Shown piece after piece: positions 25,339-33,656 of a stretch of 64,000 nt of DNA. Source of the DNA: an uncultured Pelagibacteraceae bacterium (GTDB lineage: Bacteria; Pseudomonadota; Alphaproteobacteria; Pelagibacterales; AG-422-B15); NCBI GenBank assembly GCA_902546615.1, contig CACCKE010000003.1, forward strand, positions 17,837 to 81,836, written 5' to 3'. A program made the translations under genes and the position numbers. How positions within the stretch are numbered: position 1 is the first letter of the stretch; the number at the start of each line of letters is the position of its first letter. The notes beneath the pieces were generated by a model that was not told where the DNA came from, ran no database searches, and saw only the letters and a list, made by a program, of their open reading frames with translations.

Positions 25339-27624
25339 ATGAAAAATTTTTTTCTTAATATTTTAATTTTCTCATTTTTAATATTTTCAACTAATGTCTA
25401 TGCTACGGCTTTAATAAAAGGAAAAGATGTATCTGGCACAATTTATAATTTGTATCAACAAGGTATAAATTTAACTTTACCTGATGGTAAATGGGAAGTT
25501 ACAAGAAGTCAAAAGGACGATAATTATCAAGATATCGAACTTTATTCGGATGATTATGATACATGGGCATATATTTATGCACCACTTTCGCCAGTAAGTG
25601 GTGACTTCTGGAGAGGCGGAGGGCTATCTAAGTGTAAGGGTAAAGATGTTTTTTTATCCTTAGTTGAAAGATCTCATCCAGAAGCAACATTATGTTTTGA
25701 AGATCAATATATTGATGGATCTAAATGGGGTGTTGCAACATTTAATGTTAGAAGCGCTAGAGTGCCGCTAAAATGGATGACCATGTCATTCTATATCCCT
25801 GCTGACAAGTTAAAAACATCTATTTCAGAATCCCAATTTAATAAAATTGGTAAAAGAGTCTTGAGCGCAATACGCAATGGTTTTAATGGGGGGGACTCAT
25901 CTGGTATGCGTGCTATATCCGATTTAGTTGTTACAAGCTTTTCAGAAAGCTATGCAGATGCAGATGGTGAAAGTGATAATAATACTTACATTTCTAGTTC
26001 ATCTTTCGAAAATAAAAATAATGATGATACAATTATTGGTATAAGCGATTTTACTAAATTCTGCACAATTCTTGATTTTGAATGTGATAATTCTTTTGAA
26101 GAAGATTATAAAGAATACATTAACGCTAAAGATTATAAAGCTTGGGCAGTAACTCAAAAGGGAAATACATTTAATAATCCAGCATGGGGATATTATGTCA
26201 GAGCTGATAATCTCGCAGAAGCAAAATCAGAAGCCATAGATGCATGTAACGAGTACAAATATGCTAGTGAAACTTGCTCAATTGTTTTAGAAGGCAATAG
26301 AATTGTAAATGACACATTATTAGCAAAGTTTGACGAGAGAAATTTAAACATTTACGCGAACTCTGACAATTTAACAGTATGTTTAAGAGCAACAACATCT
26401 GACGGAATGAACTGGGAGGATATTAATGGTAAATATGGAAGCGCTGTTCAAGAAGCTTGGAATCGTAATCTTGACTTAAAAAGCTGCCGAGCAATAACAA
26501 AACGTTTTCCAAAAAGCCAAGAGAAAAAACCTCAAGAGCAAGAAAAAGTTATAGTAGAACTCAACAAAGACAATAAAGAACCAAAAATAATTATCGATAA
26601 TGAAATAAATGTAGAAAGTGCAAGATATTCTATTACTGGAAGTGTAGAAGATGAGAGCAAAGTTTACGTCTGTGTATTTGAAAATTGCCAATTAGCAGAA
26701 GATGGTAATTTTAAAATTAATCGCTTCAATCCAGGTGGTGAAGTGCTTAAAATTACAGCTCAAGATGAATTTGGAAATTTCTCATCTAAATCAATTACCG
26801 TTAAAGTATCAAAAAATAATGATCAGAAAAAATCTTATGCACAATTAAACCCAGAAAAAATAAAAAATTCAAAAAACAGCGACAGAGTGGCTTTATTAAT
26901 TGGAATAGAAAATTATAAATTTTCCTCCGATGCAAGTTATGCTAATCGTGATGCTTTATTCTTTTCTGAGTACCTTCAAGAAATGGGTATAAGACAAGAT
27001 AAAATAAAAATATTAAAAGATACTGATGCAGGATTGATTAGCATATATGCTGCACTGGAAAAATGGTTACCTGCACAAATTAGGTCTGGCTCAACCGAAG
27101 TGTTTTTGTTTTTTGCTGGTCATGGTCTAGCCTCAAATAACGGCCAGGATTTGTTTTTATTAGCACACGATACCGATACTGACATGTTAAATAGATCAAG
27201 TATTTCCCGAACTGAAATATTTGAGCTAATCAATAAACATAGTCCAAGCCATACTTTTGTGTTTCTAGACACATGTTATAGTGGCGCTAGCAGACAAGGT
27301 GATATGCTTCTTGCTTCTGCAAGAGGTCTTGTAACAGTTACTGATAAACAAAGCTCAATACCTCCAAATTTTACAATTTTTTCTGCTGCGCAAGGAAACC
27401 AAATAGCTTCTGGCCTTGACGAAGTGCAACATGGTCTTTTTAGCTATTTTACTATGAGGGGGTTAGAAGGGGATGCAGATTCTGACGGTAACAAAAAAAT
27501 TTCGACGCTTGAATTGGCTAGGTATGTAGAGGAAAAGGTCAGAGAGAATGCAGTTAAAATGGGAAGAGAACAAATACCTATGATGCATGGAGATAAGGAT
27601 ATAATAATAAGCAATATAAAATAA
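25339..27624 (+). CDS. exported multidomain protein with C-terminal caspase-like (peptidase C14) domain
   Basis: The ATG at 25339 gives a signal peptide (MKNFFLNILIFSFLIFSTNVYA); the track start 25294 is a TTG extension. The middle has a DUF4189-like segment (YKAWAVTQKG..AWGYYVRADNLAEAKSEAIDACN). The C-terminal 246 aa are caspase-like. Confidence 0.8.
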   Translation: MKNFFLNILIFSFLIFSTNVYATALIKGKDVSGTIYNLYQQGINLTLPDGKWEVTRSQKDDNYQDIELYSDDYDTWAYIYAPLSPVSGDFWRGGGLSKCKGKDVFLSLVERSHPEATLCFEDQYIDGSKWGVATFNVRSARVPLKWMTMSFYIPADKLKTSISESQFNKIGKRVLSAIRNGFNGGDSSGMRAISDLVVTSFSESYADADGESDNNTYISSSSFENKNNDDTIIGISDFTKFCTILDFECDNSFEEDYKEYINAKDYKAWAVTQKGNTFNNPAWGYYVRADNLAEAKSEAIDACNEYKYASETCSIVLEGNRIVNDTLLAKFDERNLNIYANSDNLTVCLRATTSDGMNWEDINGKYGSAVQEAWNRNLDLKSCRAITKRFPKSQEKKPQEQEKVIVELNKDNKEPKIIIDNEINVESARYSITGSVEDESKVYVCVFENCQLAEDGNFKINRFNPGGEVLKITAQDEFGNFSSKSITVKVSKNNDQKKSYAQLNPEKIKNSKNSDRVALLIGIENYKFSSDASYANRDALFFSEYLQEMGIRQDKIKILKDTDAGLISIYAALEKWLPAQIRSGSTEVFLFFAGHGLASNNGQDLFLLAHDTDTDMLNRSSISRTEIFELINKHSPSHTFVFLDTCYSGASRQGDMLLASARGLVTVTDKQSSIPPNFTIFSAAQGNQIASGLDEVQHGLFSYFTMRGLEGDADSDGNKKISTLELARYVEEKVRENAVKMGREQIPMMHGDKDIIISNIK
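26884..27621 (+). other. caspase-like (C14) catalytic domain
   Basis: RVALLIGIENY..., His in FFAGHG (CAT 27121..27123) and Cys in LDTCYSG (TGT 27274..27276). Tail reads GLFSYFTMRGLEGDADSDGNKKISTLELARYV. Confidence 0.75.
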
Positions 27625-29132
27625 TGAGTAAATACGTAGCGATTATATTAATAAATTTTTTCTTTATCTCTTTAAGTCATGCAGATGAATTTAAAAATGT
27701 AGAGCAGTATATAAGTGTTAATAAATACTCATTGGCACTTCAAACACTAAAAAAAATATCTCCTCAAAATAAAGAGGAAGTTGCAAGACAATCTTATCTA
27801 ATTGGCGAAATTTATTTTGCTCTGGGAAATGTGACTAAAGCGGAGGATTTCTTTTCGGATGCAAATATGAAAAGTCCAATGAATGGAACATATGGATCGG
27901 CTTACGCAAAAGCAATGATGGCGCTTGGAAAATTTAATGAAGCAAAGGAATTAGCAACTCGCATATTGGAAGAAGATTTCAATGTAATTGAATCACACAT
28001 CGTACTAGCCACAATTGATGAGCGTTTAGGTAATTTAAATAAAGCTAAAAATAGATTTGAAGAACTTATTAGACTTCAACCTCAAAGTGAGATTATGCAT
28101 GTAGCATACGCCGAATTTCTAGATGTTAGAGTTAATTCTTACGACGCTATAAACCTGTTAAAGAAGTACATAAAAAGATATCCCGAAAGTCCTAAAGCTC
28201 TTGATTATCTCGGAAACACTTATGCTTACCTAGATGATATTGAAAATGCAATTATTTATAGATCTAAAGCGGCAGAATTATATGAACTTCGTGGTCAACA
28301 AATTTATTCAAATTCAATTAATGAGTGGCTGAGTGAATATGAAAAGAAAACTAAAGCTATTGAAGAAGATAATAAGAATGAAATTGTTGAGGAGGAAATT
28401 GTTGAGGAGGAAATTGTAACTCAAACTCAAAAACCTGCTCTGAAATATCAAGATCCAAATCTAATAGACCCTTGGCCAATAAAAAGTGGAGAATACGCTT
28501 ATACTGGGAGTGGTTTTATTACAAGCAAAGGTGGTGAGATAATCACTAATCGACATGTTATTGAAGGGGCTAAAAGACTTTATGTTCGAAATGGACTTGG
28601 TGAGTTAAGAGCGGCAGAAATATTAAAGCTTTCAGAAACAGATGATATTGCATTGCTAAAATTAGATGAACCTTTTAACTCAGAATTTTCAATTGAAATT
28701 CCAATAAATTATCCCGCTAAGCCAGGTCAAGAAGCATTTGTAATCGGTTACCCGTTGGCTGACATTTTAGGAGAAAATAAGCCTTCAATCACCCAGGGAA
28801 TAATTAGTAAAAGCACGGGGATGTATGATGATCCTAATACATTTCAAATTACTGCAAAGCTCAATCAGGGAAATAGTGGGGGTCCAATTTTTACAAGAGA
28901 AGGAAATATTCTTGGTATTGCAGTTGCAAAAATTGATAAAACGCTAATGCTTCAAGAAGAAGGAATGATACCTGAAGATGTTAACTTTGGAATACCGTCA
29001 AATAGAATAGAAGCACTTACAGGAAAGGCATCAGAAAAAATTTATTCTCAAGATTTAGATCTTGAAGTTCTTTACGAGTCTGTGCTTCCAAGCGTTGTCA
29101 TGATATTAAATGTTGTAAATGTACAAGAATAA
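27624..29132 (+). CDS. exported TPR-repeat protein fused to trypsin-like serine protease (S1/Trypsin_2-type)
   Basis: Signal peptide. Several TPR-like repeats lie in aa 30-240. The protease triad context is TNRHVIEGA, DDIALLKLD and GNSGGPIF. TAATG junction with the upstream gene. Confidence 0.8.
   Translation: MSKYVAIILINFFFISLSHADEFKNVEQYISVNKYSLALQTLKKISPQNKEEVARQSYLIGEIYFALGNVTKAEDFFSDANMKSPMNGTYGSAYAKAMMALGKFNEAKELATRILEEDFNVIESHIVLATIDERLGNLNKAKNRFEELIRLQPQSEIMHVAYAEFLDVRVNSYDAINLLKKYIKRYPESPKALDYLGNTYAYLDDIENAIIYRSKAAELYELRGQQIYSNSINEWLSEYEKKTKAIEEDNKNEIVEEEIVEEEIVTQTQKPALKYQDPNLIDPWPIKSGEYAYTGSGFITSKGGEIITNRHVIEGAKRLYVRNGLGELRAAEILKLSETDDIALLKLDEPFNSEFSIEIPINYPAKPGQEAFVIGYPLADILGENKPSITQGIISKSTGMYDDPNTFQITAKLNQGNSGGPIFTREGNILGIAVAKIDKTLMLQEEGMIPEDVNFGIPSNRIEALTGKASEKIYSQDLDLEVLYESVLPSVVMILNVVNVQE
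28380..28418 (+). repeat. 15-bp in-frame tandem repeat (EIVEE x2.6) in TPR-protease linker
   Basis: gaaattgttgaggag occurs twice, followed by gaaattgta. Confidence 0.9.
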
Positions 29133-29964
29133 ATTATTTACATTAATTTTTATATTTTTATTAAATTTTCAATATGTTTCTGCAGAAATAATTTCTGAGA
29201 GAGGTGAGTATGTACTATCTAGAGATATATCTGAAAAGACTTGTTTTGAAAACGCAAAGCAAAGAGCATTAAATAATGCAGCAACTGTTCTTACCGGGGA
29301 AAAACTAAAATCAGAAACAATAAAAATATGCGAAGCTAGTTTTGAAAATAAGGCTCAATGTGAACTGTACCAAAGTTCATGGAGCGTAATTGACTCAGTA
29401 ACTAGAAAGGGATCAATTAAAATCATTGATGAAAAAAAAGTTGATAAAAATCTTTATATTAATTGTGAGGTTACCATTGAGGTTGATTTATATAGAACTC
29501 CAAAGCCAGAACCAAATTTTGATTTTGAATTGGATTTAAATCAGTCAAAATTTTTAGCCGGTTATGAATGGTCTGCTGAAGATATTCCTTTATTAGTTAA
29601 TATAAATCCTTATTCCAATAAAGAAATGTTTATAAATATTTTTCATTGGTCTCCATATATTGAGGGAAAAAATGTAGCTCGCATATTTCCTAACCCTCAA
29701 AAAGAAAAATATGATGGTGAAATAAACTTGATTAAAAAGAGTACTTTATTACCAAGGCAAAATAGCGGTTATTCATGGAAACATTTTTTTCCTAAAGGTC
29801 ATTACACAGATAGTATTTCTCAGGGAATACTGGTCTTTGCTTCAAAAGACAATATTCAATTTTCTGAATTGTATACATATGAAAAATTCCAAGAAAAACT
29901 TCTAGAAGTTTCAGGTAATGATTCTAGAACAAAAAAAGCAATTTATGTTGTTATCGAAAAATAA
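29119..29964 (+). CDS. exported protein, DUF4384-like (tentative)
   Basis: Signal peptide (LFTLIFIFLLNFQYVSA). The C-terminal half (FINIFHWSPYIEGKNVARIFPNP...) resembles DUF4384, a frequent partner of bacterial caspase-domain proteins. 14-nt overlap with the upstream gene. Confidence 0.5.
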   Translation: MYKNKLFTLIFIFLLNFQYVSAEIISERGEYVLSRDISEKTCFENAKQRALNNAATVLTGEKLKSETIKICEASFENKAQCELYQSSWSVIDSVTRKGSIKIIDEKKVDKNLYINCEVTIEVDLYRTPKPEPNFDFELDLNQSKFLAGYEWSAEDIPLLVNINPYSNKEMFINIFHWSPYIEGKNVARIFPNPQKEKYDGEINLIKKSTLLPRQNSGYSWKHFFPKGHYTDSISQGILVFASKDNIQFSELYTYEKFQEKLLEVSGNDSRTKKAIYVVIEK

Positions 29965-31327
29965 ATTTATTCTATTTTTATTAGTTATTCTTTTTGGATG
30001 CACTACTAATAATCAAAACAGTTCTATTGGAAAAATTGAAAAAGCTAAATTACCATTTATTAATTCACCACCAAATTATTTAGTTTATAAGGATTTCAAT
30101 AAAGATACTCCTAACTGCATTATTGTGTTGCCATTTGAAATAGAAAATAAAGATAGAATAAATATAAAAAACATAAATTTAGAAGATATGCTTAGATTGA
30201 CAACTTACGCGCATCTTTCTCCACTGCAATATCGAGATATAGAAATTAGTAAGGTAGATTATTTTTTTGATTTAGATAGCGACATAGAGAGCCTATCATC
30301 AAATTTAAATTGTGAGTATTTTATGAAAGGTAAAATTATAAGATTTACTGAGACGGATTTAAAAATCTACTCCAATATTTCTGTAGAGGTAAAATTAGAA
30401 TTATTTAAAAAAAAGAACATACTATGGCATGGTAATCACCGGATTGATACTCACGGTGGCAATATACCTCTTTCACCAATAGGTCTAGCATTTGGCTTGG
30501 CTGATGCTGCAAGAAACTTAGATTCTTCACAGTATGTCAGAGTATCTGATGAACTAATTAGAGAATTGATTGCTACTCTTCCAGATAATGAAAAATTACA
30601 ATTTGCTTATTCTATAGAAGAGGAAACTTCCCAAGCTTTAATAGAATCAAATTTTAAATTAAAAGAGAGGAACTTGGTTAAAAATAATGAAAATTATAGC
30701 GATAAAACATTGGATGAGTTAATAACCCTATCTAATGATGAGATCTTATTTGAAGAGAAGATAAAGGTATTTGATGAAATCTTAATTCGCAAACCAAATG
30801 ATGTATCACTAAATAATGCTTATACTCAATTTCTCTTTGATAATAAAAAATATAGATTAGCTCAAGAAAAAATAGATATTCAAATTATTAATGATTTGTA
30901 TAACAAGCAAACTTATTTTCTAAAAGGAAGGTTACATCTAACCCTCAATGAGTTAGAACTTGCAGAGCAATCTTTTATAAAAGCTATAGCGATAGATAAG
31001 AAAGATGCCTTATCTCTGAATGCATTAGGATATGTTTATTCTATAAACAATAAAATATATAAAGCTGAGGCAGCCTACAAAATGGCCATTTCAATAGATA
31101 GTGAAAACATTTTTTCTCATTTAAATCTAGGAATCTTGAAATCTAATCAAGGCGAATATCAAGATGCCCTTATTTTACTTGAAAATGCGGCTATGTTTTC
31201 AATCAGCCAAAATGATTATAAAAGATATTTGATGACAATAAGTAAGATTGAGTCATTGAAAATCTATAAAATTGAGGTAGCATCAGTATTGGAAAAATTA
31301 GAAGAACTAAATACCTGGGGGTCGTAA
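29918..31327 (+). CDS. lipoprotein with C-terminal TPR repeats (N-domain possibly DUF799/LpoB-like)
   Basis: Lipobox LVILFGC; an alternative start at 29945 (MLLSKNKF) is plausible. TPR signatures lie in aa 290-440 (ALSLNALGYVYSINNKIYKAEAAYKMAISID, and others). Confidence 0.65.
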   Translation: MILEQKKQFMLLSKNKFILFLLVILFGCTTNNQNSSIGKIEKAKLPFINSPPNYLVYKDFNKDTPNCIIVLPFEIENKDRINIKNINLEDMLRLTTYAHLSPLQYRDIEISKVDYFFDLDSDIESLSSNLNCEYFMKGKIIRFTETDLKIYSNISVEVKLELFKKKNILWHGNHRIDTHGGNIPLSPIGLAFGLADAARNLDSSQYVRVSDELIRELIATLPDNEKLQFAYSIEEETSQALIESNFKLKERNLVKNNENYSDKTLDELITLSNDEILFEEKIKVFDEILIRKPNDVSLNNAYTQFLFDNKKYRLAQEKIDIQIINDLYNKQTYFLKGRLHLTLNELELAEQSFIKAIAIDKKDALSLNALGYVYSINNKIYKAEAAYKMAISIDSENIFSHLNLGILKSNQGEYQDALILLENAAMFSISQNDYKRYLMTISKIESLKIYKIEVASVLEKLEELNTWGS

Positions 31328-31332
31328 ACAAT

Positions 31333-31941
31333 ATGAATAAAAAAATTTCAGTAATCTTGGGCTTTCTTTTCTTTTTGGCTGCATGTGCAAGTCCATCAGG
31401 GCCCGAACTAATTGCACAGAATATACAGGAAAAAGAAGAGCAGAAAACAGAGCAGATTAAAACTAATGTAGATAATGTTCCAAAATGGTATTTAGCTCCA
31501 CCTGATGGAAAGGGAGTGGTCGGTTATTTTGTTGGACAGGGTGAATCAGCCTCTATTCAAGTTGCAAAAGATATTGCTGTTCAAGAAGCGAAAGAAGATA
31601 TGGCAAGCGCGATAGACTCACGTTTAAGTCAGACAATAAAGAAGTTTGTTGATCAAGGTGGAATTACAGCAGATGCTTCTCTCATGGGAAAGTTTTCTAC
31701 AGTTTCAAAAGAGGTAACAGCTGAAACTCAAGTTGCTGGTTGGTCATTGAAAGAAGGAGATGTTCAGTCTACTAATGACGGCTATATTTTTTATGCATTA
31801 ATTGAATATGTATACGGTGAAGCAAATATATTACTTCAACAAAAAATTAAACAAGATCAAGAAATGTTAACTGCAGTTAAAGCAACGGAGGCTTTTGCTG
31901 AACTTGAAGAAGAAATTAAAAAAGCTCAGGAAGCAAATTAA
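31333..31941 (+). CDS. LPP20-like lipoprotein
   Basis: Lipobox FLAACAS. VPKWYLAPP...GYFVGQGESASIQVAKDIAVQEAKEDMASAI follows the LPP20 family pattern. Confidence 0.55.
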   Translation: MNKKISVILGFLFFLAACASPSGPELIAQNIQEKEEQKTEQIKTNVDNVPKWYLAPPDGKGVVGYFVGQGESASIQVAKDIAVQEAKEDMASAIDSRLSQTIKKFVDQGGITADASLMGKFSTVSKEVTAETQVAGWSLKEGDVQSTNDGYIFYALIEYVYGEANILLQQKIKQDQEMLTAVKATEAFAELEEEIKKAQEAN

Positions 31942-32386
31942 ATTATTTTTATTTTTTTGTCTAAGTGGTGTATTTTTAAGTAATACTGTTACTGCAGATG
32001 AATTCTGGCTTTTAACAGAAACTGAATATGCCCTACTAGACATTGAAAATTCATTTGATGAAAAACTGAATTATTCACTTAGCGCCGGTCCAAAAATAAG
32101 TTTAATTTCCCCTAATGTTATTGAGAAGGTAAATGCGCCTGTCAATATTTTTATAAAATTTGAAAATAGCCCAGAAGGAAATGAGCCAGATATGGATACA
32201 CTAATTGTAAAAATGAAAGGGCTAATTACGTTAGATATTACAAAGAGACTGGAAAAATATATTGAGGGATATGAATTAAATATTCAGAATGCCCAGATCC
32301 CGAAGGGAAAGCATAAAATATTAATTATGATCATGGATATTAATAATAATTATTCAGAAAAATTAATCACATTTACCGTTAGCTAA
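31895..32386 (+). CDS. exported hypothetical protein (probable Ig-like beta-sandwich)
   Basis: TTG start inside the upstream gene's end. Signal peptide LFLFFCLSGVFLSNTVTA. No family recognised. Confidence 0.5.
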   Translation: MLNLKKKLKKLRKQIKLFLFFCLSGVFLSNTVTADEFWLLTETEYALLDIENSFDEKLNYSLSAGPKISLISPNVIEKVNAPVNIFIKFENSPEGNEPDMDTLIVKMKGLITLDITKRLEKYIEGYELNIQNAQIPKGKHKILIMIMDINNNYSEKLITFTVS

Positions 32387-32388
32387 AA

Positions 32389-32646
32389 ATGAGAATTTTT
32401 ACTACACAACTTTATAATAGTAGAATTCCAAGCGCCAACATAGGATCAGAACCTCTTAAGTATCACCCTGATAGTATTCAACAATCAAAAGGATATATAC
32501 CATTGCAAAGATCACGTGAATTAATTACTAATTACTTTGCTTACTCCGTTAGCAATGGAGGAACTTGTGGATGGTTTGATAAGGAAGCAGGTCTAAACAC
32601 AGTAATGAATTTTTCACTCGGTGAATGCATTAAACCTCCTTGGTAA
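32389..32646 (+). CDS. small hypothetical protein (85 aa), last gene of the operon
   Basis: Starts 2 nt after the upstream stop. No signal peptide, two Cys residues, no family recognised. Confidence 0.4.
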   Translation: MRIFTTQLYNSRIPSANIGSEPLKYHPDSIQQSKGYIPLQRSRELITNYFAYSVSNGGTCGWFDKEAGLNTVMNFSLGECIKPPW

Positions 32647-32681
32647 GAGATAAGTAAGAGTTATAAATCAAACAGCACATT

Positions 32682-33653
32682 ATGAATTATAGAATTGATA
32701 ATCTTCAATATTGCAATTGGAATGAAGAGATATTTAAGATTAATAGAAAGGCAAAATTAGACGCCGTTCACGTTACGATTGCATATCATGAAGACTACGA
32801 TGAGGTTCAAAACAATATTAATGAATGGAACACTTATTTTAAAAAATTCAATGAATTAATATTTCACGGCAGGTCATATAAAGATATTGAGAAAGCTAAT
32901 GAAGAGAATAAGACTGCTGTTTTCTTTGGTTTTCAAAACTGCTCGCCTATAGAGGATAATATAAATTTGGTTGAAGCTGTTCACAAAATGGGAACGGTAT
33001 TTATGCAATTAACTTACAATAATCAATCTTTACTGGCTACAGGATGCTACGAAGAAAATGATAGTGGCGTAACAAGAATGGGGAAAGAAGTTATAAAAGA
33101 AATGAATCGTGTAGGAATTATAGTAGACATGTCTCACTCAGCAGAAAAATCTACAATAGATGCGATCGATATTTCAGAAAAACCAATTGCTATCACACAC
33201 GCTAATCCTTCTTTTTGGCACCAAGCAAAAAGAAATAAATCTGAAACAATACTCAAAGAACTAGGCCAATCAAATGGGATGATTGGTCTGTCACTTTATC
33301 CACATCACTTGTTAAATGGTACCAATTGTTCTCTTGAAAGCTTTTGTGAAATGGTTGCCCGCACTGCAGACATTATGGGAGCAGAGCATATTGGTATTGG
33401 ATCTGATTTATGCTTAAACCAACCTGACTCAGTGGTAGATTGGATGCGAAACGGAACTTGGACTAAGACAAAAGATTATGGTGAAGGCTCAAAAGATAAT
33501 GCAGCTTTTCCAAAACAACCAGAATGGTTCAAAAACGCCACTGGCTTTGACAATATTGAGAGTGGATTAAAAAGAGTGGGGTTTAACGAAAATGAGACAA
33601 ATGGAATCTTAGGCAATAATTGGTTTAATTTTTATAAGAATTATATTGGTTAA
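32682..33653 (+). CDS. membrane (renal-type) dipeptidase, peptidase M19 family
   Basis: Family blocks HVTIAYHE, FMQLTYNNQS, GIIVDMSHSAEKS, IAITHANP and IGIGSDL. Confidence 0.85.
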   Translation: MNYRIDNLQYCNWNEEIFKINRKAKLDAVHVTIAYHEDYDEVQNNINEWNTYFKKFNELIFHGRSYKDIEKANEENKTAVFFGFQNCSPIEDNINLVEAVHKMGTVFMQLTYNNQSLLATGCYEENDSGVTRMGKEVIKEMNRVGIIVDMSHSAEKSTIDAIDISEKPIAITHANPSFWHQAKRNKSETILKELGQSNGMIGLSLYPHHLLNGTNCSLESFCEMVARTADIMGAEHIGIGSDLCLNQPDSVVDWMRNGTWTKTKDYGEGSKDNAAFPKQPEWFKNATGFDNIESGLKRVGFNENETNGILGNNWFNFYKNYIG

Positions 33654-33656
33654 TAT

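Noticed and set aside
23940-32681. Search for mobile-element hallmarks around the accessory block (integrase, transposase, tRNA target, flanking direct repeats)
   Set aside because: None were found by eye. The block is called accessory only from composition, the pseudogene scar and its content, so it is not annotated as a mobile element.
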